Source: Owenia fusiformis (lineage: Eukaryota). From it: a stretch of 64,000 bases of DNA. This document shows positions 1-14,400 of this stretch, piece by piece. The first letter of the stretch is position 1. Every line of letters begins with the position of its first letter. The notes below the pieces were generated by a model. The model was not told the origin of the DNA and ran no database searches. It worked only from the letters and a program-made list of their open reading frames with translations. Where the stretch lies: the NCBI GenBank assembly GCA_903813345.2, contig CAIIXF020000001.1, positions 28,768,001-28,832,000 of the forward strand, in the 5' to 3' direction. The position numbers and the translations under genes are program-made.

Positions 1-2224
1 TATGTTATCAGGTTTGAAAAATTCAAAAGATATAGAGTTCAGGTATAAAAGTACTTGAGTTTTTGAGTTATGTAAATTGAGATTTAGAGGCCAACTGTCA
101 AGGCAGATTGCCAAAGTCTTTAGTAACATATAAAATGTAAAATATTAACTGATAAATTTTCAAAAGATTTATTTTAACAGATCCTGTATAAGATTCTAAG
201 ATGCCATCAAGTGTGAGTACATTTATGAAATTATTTTAGTTGGTTTACTTCGTGAAGAATTTTTTGTTAATTTATTTCTGTGACACAATATCACTGGATA
301 ATTATATGTTATATATACACAGATTTCAGTCAAGGTTACTGATGTGTAATTTTGCCAAACATGTAATTTAGTTAAAAGTTGGATAAGCATCTGTGTCATA
401 ATGAGTACATGTGCAATAATCTCTTCATCCCATCAGCTGATATATATTTGGTCACACATTTCTACAGAATTGTCTGCTCATCTCAAACTTGATGTGAAAT
501 GGATGAACTACTAGATCATGCAGGAAACCTAAACTTTTACCCTCAGCTTGGAGACAATTTTCTCAATAGCTAGACCACATTTAGTACAACTGCAAGATTG
601 GGGATATTTCTAGGTTCATTACAGGGATTTTGTTTAATGCAGAAGGGATGGAAAAATCTTGCAAAATTATTAGCATTTTCTACATGTAAACAGTTTCAAA
701 TTCTTCAATACATTAGTTTCATTTTAGTAAAAACAACCATAGAAAATTGCTTGCTGTTTGCTATTGAAAGCCCTGCATTCTCATATGTCATGAAAGGGTT
801 TGGCCTTTATCACATGTGAATGATGGGAGTGTACCAGGTGACATAGTGCTTTTGATAATAAAACGAAATCTAAGATATCATAATTCGATATTCATTTCCC
901 TATTTGCACATTATCTATTGGACAGTGTTCACCACTCATGTTATAAGATTGTGTTCTGCTAAAGTGACACAATTTGATAAAGAATATTTCTTTTTGTCTG
1001 TAATCCTCAAAATATTATGACATCATGATATTCATACAATGGATTTATAAAATTAATGTGAATTTTAACAGGTTAAACACAGTCATCTTAGTCAGTAGTT
1101 TTGGATTTTTATGTATTTCACATGCTATTATATGTGTCACACTAAACATGCATGTACAACTAGTGGAGCAAGCGTGTTTATTGTTTATTTATTGCATATG
1201 AATAAAATAATAGTAAATAAACATCTATAGATGAATGTCTTAGTATTATTTTGTCGCCCAAGAAGATATACAATTGTACATATGTTTTGTCCTAAATTTT
1301 TTATGGTTGGTTTTTGTTTGAATCTGTAACAATTGTCACAAACTTTTAAAATATTTACAATAACTCACCTTAATTAAGGCCTTATTGATTGTTGATTCCG
1401 TTAAGTTTCAAAGTTCTAATCAACATCATTCATGTTTGATAGTGAATCATCAAAAATCATTTCAAAGTATCGTGCTACCCTGCCCAATTGTTTACAATTA
1501 GGTTATAATTTAAAAAGTTGAATCAGGATGTGTGTCTATTCACCTATTACAAATAAATGAGTGGCTAACATGTTTTCAGGGAGTGATTTTGAATTCAGTT
1601 TTTCATAAACACAATGGTTTTTGAATCACTGATTATAAAAAAATCAGTGTCCCTGTCTCTCCCCCCCCCCATTAATTTCTAAATACCCAAAGGGGTTGTA
1701 TATCTATTATGTTGACAGATCTATTTTCAAATATTAACTGATTATTTACTGATTAGTTGATAACCGCATATTATAATATTGGCCTAGACTAATCCCCCAC
1801 TTATAAAGCAACAAACAATAGGAACAGGAACCCAAGTTTGTGAATCACCTTTACTCAAAACTGTAAATATATTCAAGAGAATAAGGGTATAAAATGGAAA
1901 GAGGATGTAAAATGCATAAAAAGAATTCAGTGGTCAGTTAAGGATAACTCTGAATCTTTCCTCCCCTAGGGGATGATGTCCAATTGTTAACAGTTGATCA
2001 TCGAAGTTAGTTTTGTTGGGAGGGGGTAAATGATGGTGTTAGCAAGCAGTGATTTTTTATATTCAAGTGAAAGACAAATCAATATTTTAAAATTTCATTA
2101 AGTGAAGGGTCAAACGATATCGAAATTAATTTATTTTTTCCACAACTAAGTGTGATGTCCAAGATTCATGATGTAGAGGAGAGCCTGTGAGTTTGAATGT
2201 ACATGCAGAGTGCAGACCCAAATA

Positions 2225-2266
2225 AAGGATTTCCTCATTTGTATGACGTCATGAAGGGGATTCCCC
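2225..2266. promoter_or_regulatory. Candidate CRE + NF-kB module upstream of the TBK1-adaptor gene
   Basis: TGACGTCA at 2244-2251, 4 bp from GGGGATTCCCC at 2256-2266; weaker GGATTTCC near 2227; possible 5'UTR exon donor AG|GTAAG at 2625. Confidence 0.45.
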
Positions 2267-4751
2267 TAATAAAGGCTCCATCTTGGATATTGAACAAATA
2301 AATATTTCAAACAAAAATGTATTTTCAAAGTATTTTTTCAACTTATGGTGATTTAAGACGGCTAATCTGGCGTGGTAGAAATGTTCTATATATCCCAAAG
2401 CATAGGTAAGATTGAAAAAAACGTTGTTTGATTGTGGATAACTCATGAGAATGAAGATAGAAATGATTCATTTTTGACCTCGTCACCAACAACACTCTTG
2501 ATTCATCCTATCTCAAGTACCTGTCCGTTTTCTAGAACAAACGTTATTACTTATTGACCATCGACGAAATTAAGGTTCATTTAGATTATTTACTTCGGAG
2601 AACTCATTTAATATTCTCGAAAAGGTAAGCTATGTAAACATGACCTGTTCAAGGGTCTATAATTTTGAATGGATATTTACTTCCTTGTCCAAACTTTCCT
2701 AAATCAAAAAATCTGTCAAACTGATCACTGAAGTGTTTATTATTATAGACTTTATTTCAGTATTTGGACACAATTTTGATTTTTTAGAAAAATAGCCGGG
2801 CTTGCTGCTTATGTACAAAGAAATGTTGAAATTATTCTCCTTTATATTTGCTGGGATACTCACCGTGTACAAACCATTATGGAAGAGAGAGCACATTTGT
2901 TACAAAATTAATTTCAACTATCGAAATTAGGCATGTTTGAGCAAAATTATTAAATGCATGAAACAATTCAGCTGACCTAAGCAAATTCAGTCGCAAGTGA
3001 AAAATAACTCAATGGACTGAACTCTGTACTCTACTCTCACTGTCAAATCGAACGCCTATGCACAAAGAAATACCGCAAAAGAATGCTGTGATTGGACTAG
3101 ATGCTTGAAAGAGCTTCACAGAAGAATACTCTCACGTATTATATTAGTTCTCAGAAGTTCAGTTTTTAGTCATAGGATCTATAGAATTATCTAAGCTAAA
3201 GGAGAAAGTATATTGACGCTAAAATTAAGTGATTTGACAAGTTTCTTGGAAGAAGAAATGTTTATGTTTTGTTATGCATTATATGAATAACAATTGATAA
3301 CATTTATAATGCGGCGTGGCATCTCATCTAATTTTATCTATTGGTCTATAACAGTATAATGTTATGCTGAATTGATATGCCCCTTGCATACCATATCTTG
3401 GGAGTAAAATTCAATAGATTAATGGCAAAGGAAATTGAATAACAGCACATTACTGTGAATAAAGGATCTGGAAAAATTTGCATGTCATCACACAGGAAGG
3501 AAATGTGACACATCTTCTGTTTTGAAGAGCAGAATTTTTTGTGTGACAACTACAAATTCAAAGAATAGTGTTGGACTCATTTTTGAAGCAATTTTTTATC
3601 CAAAATTCTGGGTTTACAGAACCAATATATCACTTGTATATAAACCACTAACATACATTAATTCATTATTTAGAATCAATGTACATCTACAAGATATTTA
3701 CACTTTTACTTTGGGAGGTAGGCATAATTGTAATTTTATATGTTTGGTTATTAATAGATTTATAATAAATAATGATTATTTAATTTGGAGGGTGCAAAAT
3801 GAAATAGAGTCGAAAGCCCATGGTAGAAGTAAGCTTTTTTAAAGCAAACCTTTAATTTATCATTTTTTGTATAAAATAATATTACCTTTATAATAATATG
3901 TTTTCTAAGAAAAATAGAAGATACCTGCTAGTTTACCATTTGAAATGGTATAGTACCATAGAATTTTTTATTCAGTTTTATGTAAGCACAATTAGAATTA
4001 CAGAAGTAGAAAAGATTGAAATCTTTTAAAAACAGAAAAGCAGTCCGAAAATGGAACACTGCTAAACGCAACCAGTATTTTGATATTTATTTTATTTCAA
4101 AAAATAAAAATTAAGTATATACTTTGAACACCAGCCTTTTTATATATGAACTTTAGGTGCATTTAATTATATTATGAATAGCTTTCACAGATAATATTAG
4201 ATACGATGAGATATTTATAATTCATTGTTGACTTTAAACTTTAAACCTTTTGTTTAGTTGAAATTATGAGATACTGTAAAACACTTTAAATTCGCGGTTG
4301 CAATTTTCCTGGATTTGTACATTTGATTATTTTCACGTATTCATGTATTCGCGATTTGTATGTAATGTGGGTTAATTAATATCTCATGTACAAATCATAA
4401 TACTGAAAGCTTGCATAAAATAATTGAATATACTAGTTAGTCCAGTGGTTTCACTACAATTTCTCACAACAGGCTAAATGAATAAAAACAACTGGCAAAA
4501 TTAATGGAAATCATAAATTTAACATGGAAAAGTTGAAAAGTCCTTAAAAACAACAGGCCATTTTGTGAAACAATCAGTGAAAATTGCCTGTTGTCTGCTG
4601 CCAATGAAACCCCTGAAGTCATTCTAATACTCATAGCATCTCTCTCTGTGGTTCACCACAATGCATACAAATTATATGTTGGAGGTTGATATAAGAACCT
4701 TAACTCATTTTATTTTATTTAATTGAATTGTCTTTTCTTTTCCAGACTGTA

Positions 4752-7700
4752 ATGGAATTTAATGAAGATGATATTAGCATCATAGATGACACTGTTGATG
4801 TGGTTAATGATTGGCCAGCAAGGATAATAAGTGGATCTCAACAATTTCATATGAGAAGTGGCGAAGAATCTGTCAGCCTTGCGTCACTCCATGCACTCCA
4901 AACAGCTTATACAGATCTGAAGAAACGATACCATACTTTGGAAAAGAAACAATTGCAGACACAACAAGTAGTGAAAAGTTTGCTACAAGATTCAAGAAGT
5001 ATGGAAATTGTGTCAAATGGATTCGATGATATAGATTCAGGAAGACCATTACAAAATGGTCATCCTATTCGAATCCGAAGTTCAGGATCTTTAGATCATA
5101 CTAGAAATGGGATGGATGAGAATGATGGTAAGCGACACATTGGAGGTGACAATGGGATTAGAAAGCCATATATAGATGGAAATCAAAGAGAGAAAATGCA
5201 ATGGGAACAAAATGAAAGGTTAACATCTAATGAACAGTATAAAAAATTAGAAGAGAAAAATAAATTAATGGAAATTGACATGTTGAAATTTAATGATAGG
5301 TACAAACAATTGGAAGAGGAAAATAAACAGTTGCTAATTGAGATTGACACTATGAAAAACAAATTAGAATGCTCAGAAGCAATGAAAAAGGAGGAAGTTA
5401 AGGTGTGGAAAGAACAATATCAAAAATTAAAGCTGGAATTTGATACACTTTTACAGCAATCAAAAACTGAAGGAAAACTTGATTTTAACGAAGGTAAGTG
5501 ACAAATTTGAAGTAATTTAAATGAAAATTTTGAAGTTACCTCATATTGAGCCCAAATGAATATATTAAGGTTCATTATTATTCAAGTTGGTGCAGTCATT
5601 TCATTCCCTTTCAAATATCTCAAAATCACACATATATTTTACTATTCATCCATCCTGAACTCGTCAGTAATTTCAACACCTCTATTTTTACAAATAATTC
5701 ATTTGTAGAAACAATACACATTTTTGCAACAGTCCATATACGTTAAATATTTAAAATTTCCCTGCAAGATTCATGTCCCTCAATTCCGACATTTCTAAGG
5801 TGATAGCTTGATGCATAATTATGGACCAATTCTATTTAGATTCAATGGGTAGCAGTTTCTCTGAGGAGCTGCAAAAAATGCAGGAACAGCTAGTCAAGTG
5901 CCAACAAGAGGTCAGAATGTTGAGAAGATTAGTAGAGGAACAGAAGAATGCGATGCTAGAGGCTATCAAAAGAGAAGAAGACTCACTAAGAGAGAAAAGG
6001 AGAAAAGGTTGGTTACATGGAAAAGTGCATTTAATATTAAGGTTCATATTATGTAACAATATGTTACATGCATTTATAAATGTTTATGCTTTATACTTGG
6101 AATTTATTTTTAGTTAGTTTTCAGGATTGCTCTCATATAAACATGTGTGGTTGTATTTCAGGTTCCTCTGGTAGAGGTAGTTTAAGTAGTGGGCCTAATA
6201 GCCCTGTGCCTGGATACATTGCCCCAGGCATTAATGCTTCAATGCCTCCCACCCAAGGAGGTATGGTACCAGGTGGCACAAGACAAAGGAACTCCCAGAC
6301 TACAATTATAAATCAAGAACCCCAAACATATCTAGGTGTCCAGGAAAGTGCTGCAACTATACCCGATAGGATAGCTCCAGAGGATGTTGCTAGAGTTGTG
6401 AAATGGCCTGGTCAGGGTCCACAGACTCTTGTATCAAACAAGGACACTGCAAAAGACACACCTTTAAGACAGGATAGTGATGCTGAGATGAAGAAAGCAT
6501 TAGAAGAAAGTCTTAAAGTATACAAACAAGAGCAAGAGTTACGGAAGCAAAGACAGTCATTATCTAATGATCCTGGGATGATTACTAAATCAGTTGTCCA
6601 GTTAGGAGACTCTTCAGTCCCTTTAGGATCTAGCCCTAAGGTTTCAATGGTGCCTGGTTCAGTGAGCTATTCAACAAGATCTAGGTTATCTCCCCTTCCT
6701 ACGGCCCCTTCACAGACTACACAAATTAATGAATCCCAACCAAGTGTTGAGGAAGTGACAAATGATATTGTAATTAAGGGAGGGAATATGCATGTAACCA
6801 CCAAAAGAAGTGGGAGAGGTGCAGGGTTAAACATTCATAGGGATACAATTGCTATTAACCCTAGCATTTCAGATAGTGTGTTTATACATGATGGCTCTGG
6901 TGGAGCTCGGAGCAAGGTTCTGCGCTCTCGAGGTCAATCTGAAGATATAAGACCAATTCATGCCCTTGAAATGATGAAACCAAGGCCTATCAGTTCATCA
7001 TATGGGGATAGAATGGAAATTGAATGTAGAGGCTTGGGGGGTCCTCCCGAGGCTCCTACAAATAGACCTAGATCAAGGGAGCGTGACCATACTGGCAGTG
7101 AGGAGCCAATACCTCAAGGTAATGCAGCCCTTGAGGTACATATAGATGACATAGCTACTGTTGGTGGACTAGAGAGAAGTGAATCACTAGAGGTCCTGAA
7201 TGTAACTGATGAGGAGCAAGGTATTAGCCCTGAGAATTGGCATCCCACTGGACCAACTGAGAATGATGAGAGTGAGGGTTCTCCTGTTGACCCAATACCA
7301 GCATCACCATTTGGACTGAATAATTTATCTGCTTATGTGGACACTAGACATCCTTCCCAGCTCAATCCCAATAGCCCTGTTTCAAACAACAGTACTCGTG
7401 TGCCCTCAAATCAAAGGGCATTGAACATTGAGCGTAATGAGCCCAATGGGGCTAGACCCAGGGGTTATGATAATGCTGGAAATAATGTCAACCTTAATAT
7501 GGGAGCCAAGGATAAAATCAGAGAAACAACAAGCCCCTCACGACCTATACTGAATAATAATCCTCTAGTAGAGATGAAAAATATCTCATCTCGGAATATA
7601 TTTAAAGAAAGTGACAGAGATCGCCTCGGAGGAAAAGATGCACGATGTCCTAATTGCAACATGCATTTTTCTTCTATGATGACAAAGGACGATGTTCAGC

Positions 7701-7858
7701 AACATATGCTAGAGTGTAATGGAGACTCTCCTGGAGAGGAGGAAAGAACTTGTCCCATGTGTAATGCTGTTTTCCCATCAGCTGTACCACAAGGGGAGTT
7801 TGAGCAGCATGTTAATGAACATTTCTCTGTGAATGAAGATTTTGTACACTTGGGATGA
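4752..7858 (+). CDS. AZI2/NAP1-TBKBP1/SINTBAD-like TBK1 adaptor with coiled coil, UIM-like helix, two UBZ-type zinc fingers (868 aa)
   Basis: Coding exons 4752-5493, 5840-6007, 6162-7858 have GT-AG boundaries and matching phases (2607 nt). The N-terminus EDDISII...SGEESVSLASLHALQTAYTDLKKRY resembles vertebrate AZI2/TBKBP1 (EDDICIL...SGDESVASHFALVTAYEDIKKRL, recalled). C-terminal fingers: CPNC..HMLEC and CPMC..HVNEH. An acceptor at 4744-4745 implies an upstream non-coding exon. Confidence 0.8.
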
Positions 7859-10800
7859 AGTGATATGAAATTACTTATGCCTTTTATGTTGAGCTTTAGC
7901 ATTTGGCGAGTGAAAGTGTAATGAGCTTATAGCCTATTAAGTGCTACTGTTTGGATTTGTATGAGCCTTGGCAGTTATCATTTCATTTCAATAGATTTTA
8001 ACTCACTATGAAATACAAATATGGAACTAGCCTATCATCCGTCCAAAATAACTATAAATGCCCTATAAAGTTTAAACCACTTTGGCTTATTATAGTCTTA
8101 TCCAAAGTTGATTTGAAGTGAATCTATTTCAAATAAAATTTTAGTTGTCATGCAAATACATTATTAAGCAATTATTTACACCAACACAGAACATACATCC
8201 TAAATTATTTTGTGTTGAAAAGAAAATTGGGCAAAAATAAGCGACAAAAAGTGCAGAAAATTGGTTCAGAGAAAAAAAGCGTTTTTAAGTTTTAGTTCTC
8301 ATTGAATCCAATGGTACATAAATAGCCTATTTAAAACATATAAAAAGTGGTTTTCATCCTAGATAGGCCAACACTATTGCTTTATTTTGGAAGTTTAGCA
8401 GTCTTAGAAAATATTTGTTTGAAAAAATATAAAGTCTAAAATTACAACATAAAGTAGTATTTCTACCTCATGATGCTCCTCGTGATTTTCTCTTCTAAAT
8501 ATGTATGTTTAACAACTGACATGATTAATGAGTGAGTGATCATAGGAATGTATTGGAATTTAAAAGTGAATAAACATTTATTAGTGGGGAATGGGCTACT
8601 ATTTAAAGTAATTGTAGTAGTTGTGCTTGTACTTTGAACTTTGAGTCAATGAATCATGTAACATTAGTACAATCCCAAATCTTGATATATATACATGTCT
8701 GTAGCCAGGAGGGCTCAGTAGGGCCAGATTTTACCCATTTCTTCTTAAATGATTTTGGCTAAAATTGGAATATTTTGTTCATATATGTAATTGTTAATTG
8801 GCATATATGTGGTCAAGATAGCATTTTTGAAATCAAACTGCATTTTTTGGCAATATTTTAAGTTTTTATGGGGAATTATATTTTGTTTCAATACATTATT
8901 TTATTAAGAGTTGGGCTAAATGATAAATGAGTTGGTTTAGTACAAATGAATCAATATTTGTAATATTTATTTTGGGGTGGATTTTGAAATTTAGAGGTCA
9001 TGATGACCTATGATAAAGTTTACTTGTTCTTTTTTTATAGATTGCGATAAATTGGCATGTATGAATCAGTGATGAGTGATGTATCAGAGTCAGTCATGAC
9101 TTAGGGTTGTGGGGTCTGTCGTGTATATTCTATTCAGAATGCTAAACTTTAGATATTGAGCTGATTAAAGTGTGCCAATGTAATTTTGACAATACACTAT
9201 TGCATATCATTATTTCCTTATTAGTTATGTTTGAAATATCCAATTTTTTCCAGACAAATAAAAACTGTCTGAACATTTGCACGTATCAATTTGATTTTTG
9301 ATTTTACCTTTCCTAAATGGCACTGACCTTCATACTTAATTTTGTGCAGAACGAACATGTTTTTGCAAGTTTGGCCATTCAACTGACCCAATCTGGTTAC
9401 TTTCTTTATACACAATCTTTTTTAGTTTAATCTAGTTAAAATATAATGACTCAAATACTATACACAATAAAATAATAAATATCAATAAAAGTATTGTCCA
9501 TCATGTATAAACTAATTGTGTTCTGTATTTTGCAAATTAACTATATTACTTTACATCATGCCAGTACAGGTATTTCCCCATGGATCTGCCCCCCTCTTAT
9601 TTTTGAATATCCCACAATCACTAAGTAATCATCTTGTTATTTGCATTGTTTTTAGAAAACAGATGTTCCTTACGGAGAGGGACCATTAACATGCAAATAT
9701 TTGTGTCTTGAAAAATGTTCCTTGTAGAGATGTGTTCCTTTATACAGAGAGATGTTTGTTGGAATAGGTTTTAGTAAACCTCTATTGGCAACAAGAAAAT
9801 TTCCCTCTTGAAAAAGAATAGAATTTTGTCTGAATAATACTTTTCCATTTCTTCCTTAATTGATAAAATGCAAAATTCTTGTTGTAATTGTAATTGGTGG
9901 AATAAAAACAAACTCTGCTTTAGTTATAATGTGTACATGTATTTACATTTATTTAGGATAAAATTTATGAATAACTGTACAATATCTACAGTTTATATGT
10001 AGTTCAATCAACCTGTACAATTAAATATATGCAATTAAAATTGGATATAAACATACATGTACATAACATGTTTACAACTATTAATAACATATAGCAAAAT
10101 CAGGCATATTCTGAATGGAGAACATCATACAACAGATAATACAGTAATACATGTAATAGTAACATGTCCATGAAATGTGTGCGTTTATTTCTGCCTAACT
10201 GTAACAAAAAATCAAAAATATAATCCAGTTGGATAATATTGGCCAGAGCCCCCTTCAACAAAGACTTCCATTTTTCCCTACCAAAATATATCTACCACTA
10301 AAAGACATAAGCGCATAAGGAAAAGGGGATAGTAGATAATAATAGACAATACTTGTTAAATTATGAACATACATGTACTTGTTAAATCATGAATACAAAT
10401 AATAGTATTGTGACATTATAACAAACTTACATTTATTTATTTGTTCATTCATTGATAGCAAATAACCAAATTGTTATGCTGTTGAAGTTGTAGCCTGTAG
10501 CCTCTAGTGACTGTATTATGCTGTTAGAATTTTGCAGACTGATTCAATCAGGTTAATGTTTCATCAGTCCAACTCATGGGAAAACCTGTTCTTTAATTTT
10601 ACAGATGCTGCTATTGAGCCAAGAGCTTTCTGACATTATAACAGAAATTACGCTTAATATTAACCATTCCATAAAGATATCCATAAACTGATAGGGGTAC
10701 ATACATATATCAACATCTGATGAGTTGTTACATTTCTTCAGTCTCATTACATAGTTTATAGTTCTAACATTTCTTAATAACTTTTCTTTTTAACTTTTAA

Positions 10801-11492
10801 TATTTTACAGATTACTTCATTGCACTAAATTATTTTTAAAGTGTCAGTATTGACGACAATGGCCCATCTCTGCGAAATGAAGCATTAAAAGATGTGCAAC
10901 GGCAAGATCATAATGGATGCCACGCCCACACATGATTGCATCATAGGTGAAACATGATTTTTAGCCCACAATATTTCCCATTTGAAAAATGACGAGGGCT
11001 TAAGTTGTACAATATTGTGAGACATATTTGCATACGATGCATCCATTGACAATGTGAAGAAATCGAAATTGGGACCTTTTTGCGATTGCACATTCTTAAG
11101 TAGACATTTCCCTGAGATAGATCTACTTGCAGCATGATCACTTCATAATCTGATAAAAGTTTGATTGTGTCTCCTAATCTACTTCATAACTGTATAGTAC
11201 ACAGCTCTGTTCATTCAAACTGCCAGATATGGCCTCATTAAAAAACATCCCAGTTTCCACATATCACGTCTATACGTGCCACTTATAATTTTGTATTCCA
11301 CATGGCATTTTCTGTTATCCATTGTCCTATTCCTCTACATTTCTGATTAAACAAATAACAACATCCTTTAAAGTTAGTCTCTCCAAAATCAAACCCATGC
11401 AATCCCTTGTACTATTAACATATAAGCCACCGTATCATAGTAGTATATCCACTTACAACTGCCTATTGGATAATAATGATATCTATGTATGG

Positions 11493-14400
11493 TTATGATA
11501 TAACACAGCCGCTCTTTTCAGGAACGTTTCCCTCTGCTTTTTCTATTTCCATTATAATAGCATTGAAAATGTCTGATACACTCTGGAAAACAAGGAACAT
11601 ACATATTAGGTAAATTTGAGAAACAGTCATATTGAAACACATGAAGAAGAAACATCATAAACATATGAGACAGACATTGAACAGAGAGAAGAGTTCTATT
11701 ATATTTCTATCTTGTAATAGGCTTGATATGAGGTAAGGCTGCAATGGAATAATAAAAGATTTACAGTAAATGTGGTTATACATTTTGTAGGTATTGCCCT
11801 CTAAAGTAAGCCCAAATCAATAAATCATCTAAAATATGCACTTGAATACTTATTTTTGATATATGTAGGTGTTTCTGACAGTTCATATTCAATTAACATT
11901 GTACATATTATCGTTTCCTCTACCTAAAGAAAAACAATGTGGCCTAAATACAAGGCAGTATGTCTCATACATTTTATTCTATTTTAAAGGACAACTGAAA
12001 TAGCTTTTCTCAACTTGCAGCTACAAAAATGCGGTTTTCTCATTTGTAAGCCCAACGTAGAGTTCTTGCGATAGCCATTATAAAATAAATGTTAGATAGC
12101 TGCTAACGGTCATAAATAACGAAACAAAACTAACTGATCAATCAAATTGGCCCCCACGTGATAAGTAACGTCATATACAAAATATAGCTTTGGTTTGTTG
12201 GTTCCTTAGTAATCACAACGTCACGGCAACCATAGGATTGTAGTGTAAACCAAAACAAAACATTTAGGCATTATGACGTTAAGGGCCACGTGGGGACCAG
12301 TGAGAGATCACGTGGGGGCCAATAACGTCACAACCAATTCGAATATTGCTTATTAAGCAGCTATAACGATCGTTAGAGTGAAATAGTTTTCGCACTACTG
12401 ATGAGAAAACATGTCCAAATACATTTATCAAAAAATTATATTGATTCCTGTAGGTTAAAAATACCATTTCATATCTGCTTTAAGGAAAACAAATGTCCAT
12501 GACTGTTCATAGCAATAGAGACTGTTCAATAAACAGGTCACACCTTTTCAGTGTATATAATTCAAGGGTAGGGCAAGTTAAGTAAAGGGCTTAACCACAA
12601 ATACCACCCACTTTTAGTCATCATACATACATGCTATAGTAAGATTTATAGGTTTATAGTATATCAACATCAAAAAATGTACTTATGCTTTTAGGTTATG
12701 CTGGCTTAGAGTGTGTGGGTGCTTTTTGTACTAAGCAATCAAAAAAAGTAATCTCAAAATATTCACTTTTATTAGCAGGGGCATAAAACATAAAATATAA
12801 GATAAAATAAAAGATTTTCCCAAAATGTCAAATGCAACCTTCAATTTGGAGAATTTGACAATGACTGTTCTAATATGGTAACAACAATTTGCAAAATAAG
12901 TTGCTCTCTATCTATGATTCTCACTTTAACCATTCAACTGACAAAATGTCATAAACTATTCAACTGACATTTATAACAAGTTAAATGTCATTTGGTAACA
13001 TAATTAGAATCCTATGAGTAAATTCTACAGAGTGTGCCAAAAACAACTCCATATTAAAAACTTGATATGAAAAGCAGTTTAGTCTCAGTAAAAACCTAAA
13101 TCATTTTTCACATTTTGCTGTATATCATAGTATTGCCCAATATATACCTATTTGAGGTCGAATGCCTCAAAAATTATTAGATTCATACATACATCATTAA
13201 CATGAATATGATGGTACTACAGTAAAGTTTTAAATGTTTGGAACTCCTTAAATTAAAAAAATAAGCAATGAAATGACAATATTGCAACAGTATATGAAAA
13301 AATAACATGACAGAGAAGCATCAAAATATAAAACTAAACTACAAAACAAACTAAAATAAACAAAAGTTAGGAAATGTATAAATGTTTCTATTTTTACATA
13401 TTCTGTTTCAATACGGTCCTTTAATTGCTAATTTTTAGATTCAAAGTAGTTCCAAACATTTAAAATTTTTACTGTATATGTAATTTTGAATATAAACAAA
13501 ACAAATCAATAACCCAGATATGAGACGAATAGTTGGTATCACTGAAACTCCTACATTACTAAGGAGGAGAAACATTTTCTGTTGATACAATTATTTTGGC
13601 CCACCATGTCTTTTGTGTAATCACTCCTTTTTCAACTTTACAAGGTAATACTTTTCAACGTTCTCAGTTCAAAGTGACATAAAGTACTAGATAAAGGATA
13701 AAACTTCCTTAAATACTCTAGTATTTGCTAGTCACATTTATGAAAAAGGTTGAATGAGTTTAAATACAATACCAATGTGAGCTTTAAGAGGGTAAAGGTG
13801 TTGGTGTCTTGGCAATAACAGGTAAACAACAACAAAACAATAATGTTCTGGAAATGACTCATAATTTTGACAATCTTTATTTTCAAAGAAAACACAATGC
13901 TTTCCTTTCACCATAAGTACCAGAAAGTGCCAAAAAGGAAAAGTGTAATATATATACAAACAACCAACCAACAAACATTGACAACCAGCCAGCCAGCCAT
14001 CCAACCAACCAATCAACCAACCAACCAATAATCCAACCAGTCAAAAGGAAAGCAATATCCAAAACTATGATCTAGATGTAGGTTAGAATGCTATGTATTT
14101 TTTAAAAATTTTGCCATATTATTCACAAGATTTTTACTATACTAGAGCTGTTATATTAGATTAATACTGAAGCTTATCATCTTGATATTTAGAAATGATA
14201 GACAAGTTTAAACCTTGGAGGGTGCAATTATCTTTTTGATATCAAAATATCTTCAGTATGGCAACGAGTTATCTATCATTTTCAAGGGGTTTAACACATA
14301 CATGTAGCATACAGTAAATCAATCACATCTATGATCCTTTAAGATTTAATTATAATAAAAAGGAGCAATCTCAAACTGTCAACATGTTTTATATTTATCA

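Noticed and set aside
6080-6161. ORF-track start of a stand-alone 592-aa protein
   Set aside because: Intronic; the exon begins at the acceptor before 6162 and continues the upstream coiled-coil exons.
11985-12484. Possible TTAA-flanked MITE rich in CACGTG/TGACGT motifs
   Set aside because: Terminal repeats too degenerate to call with confidence.
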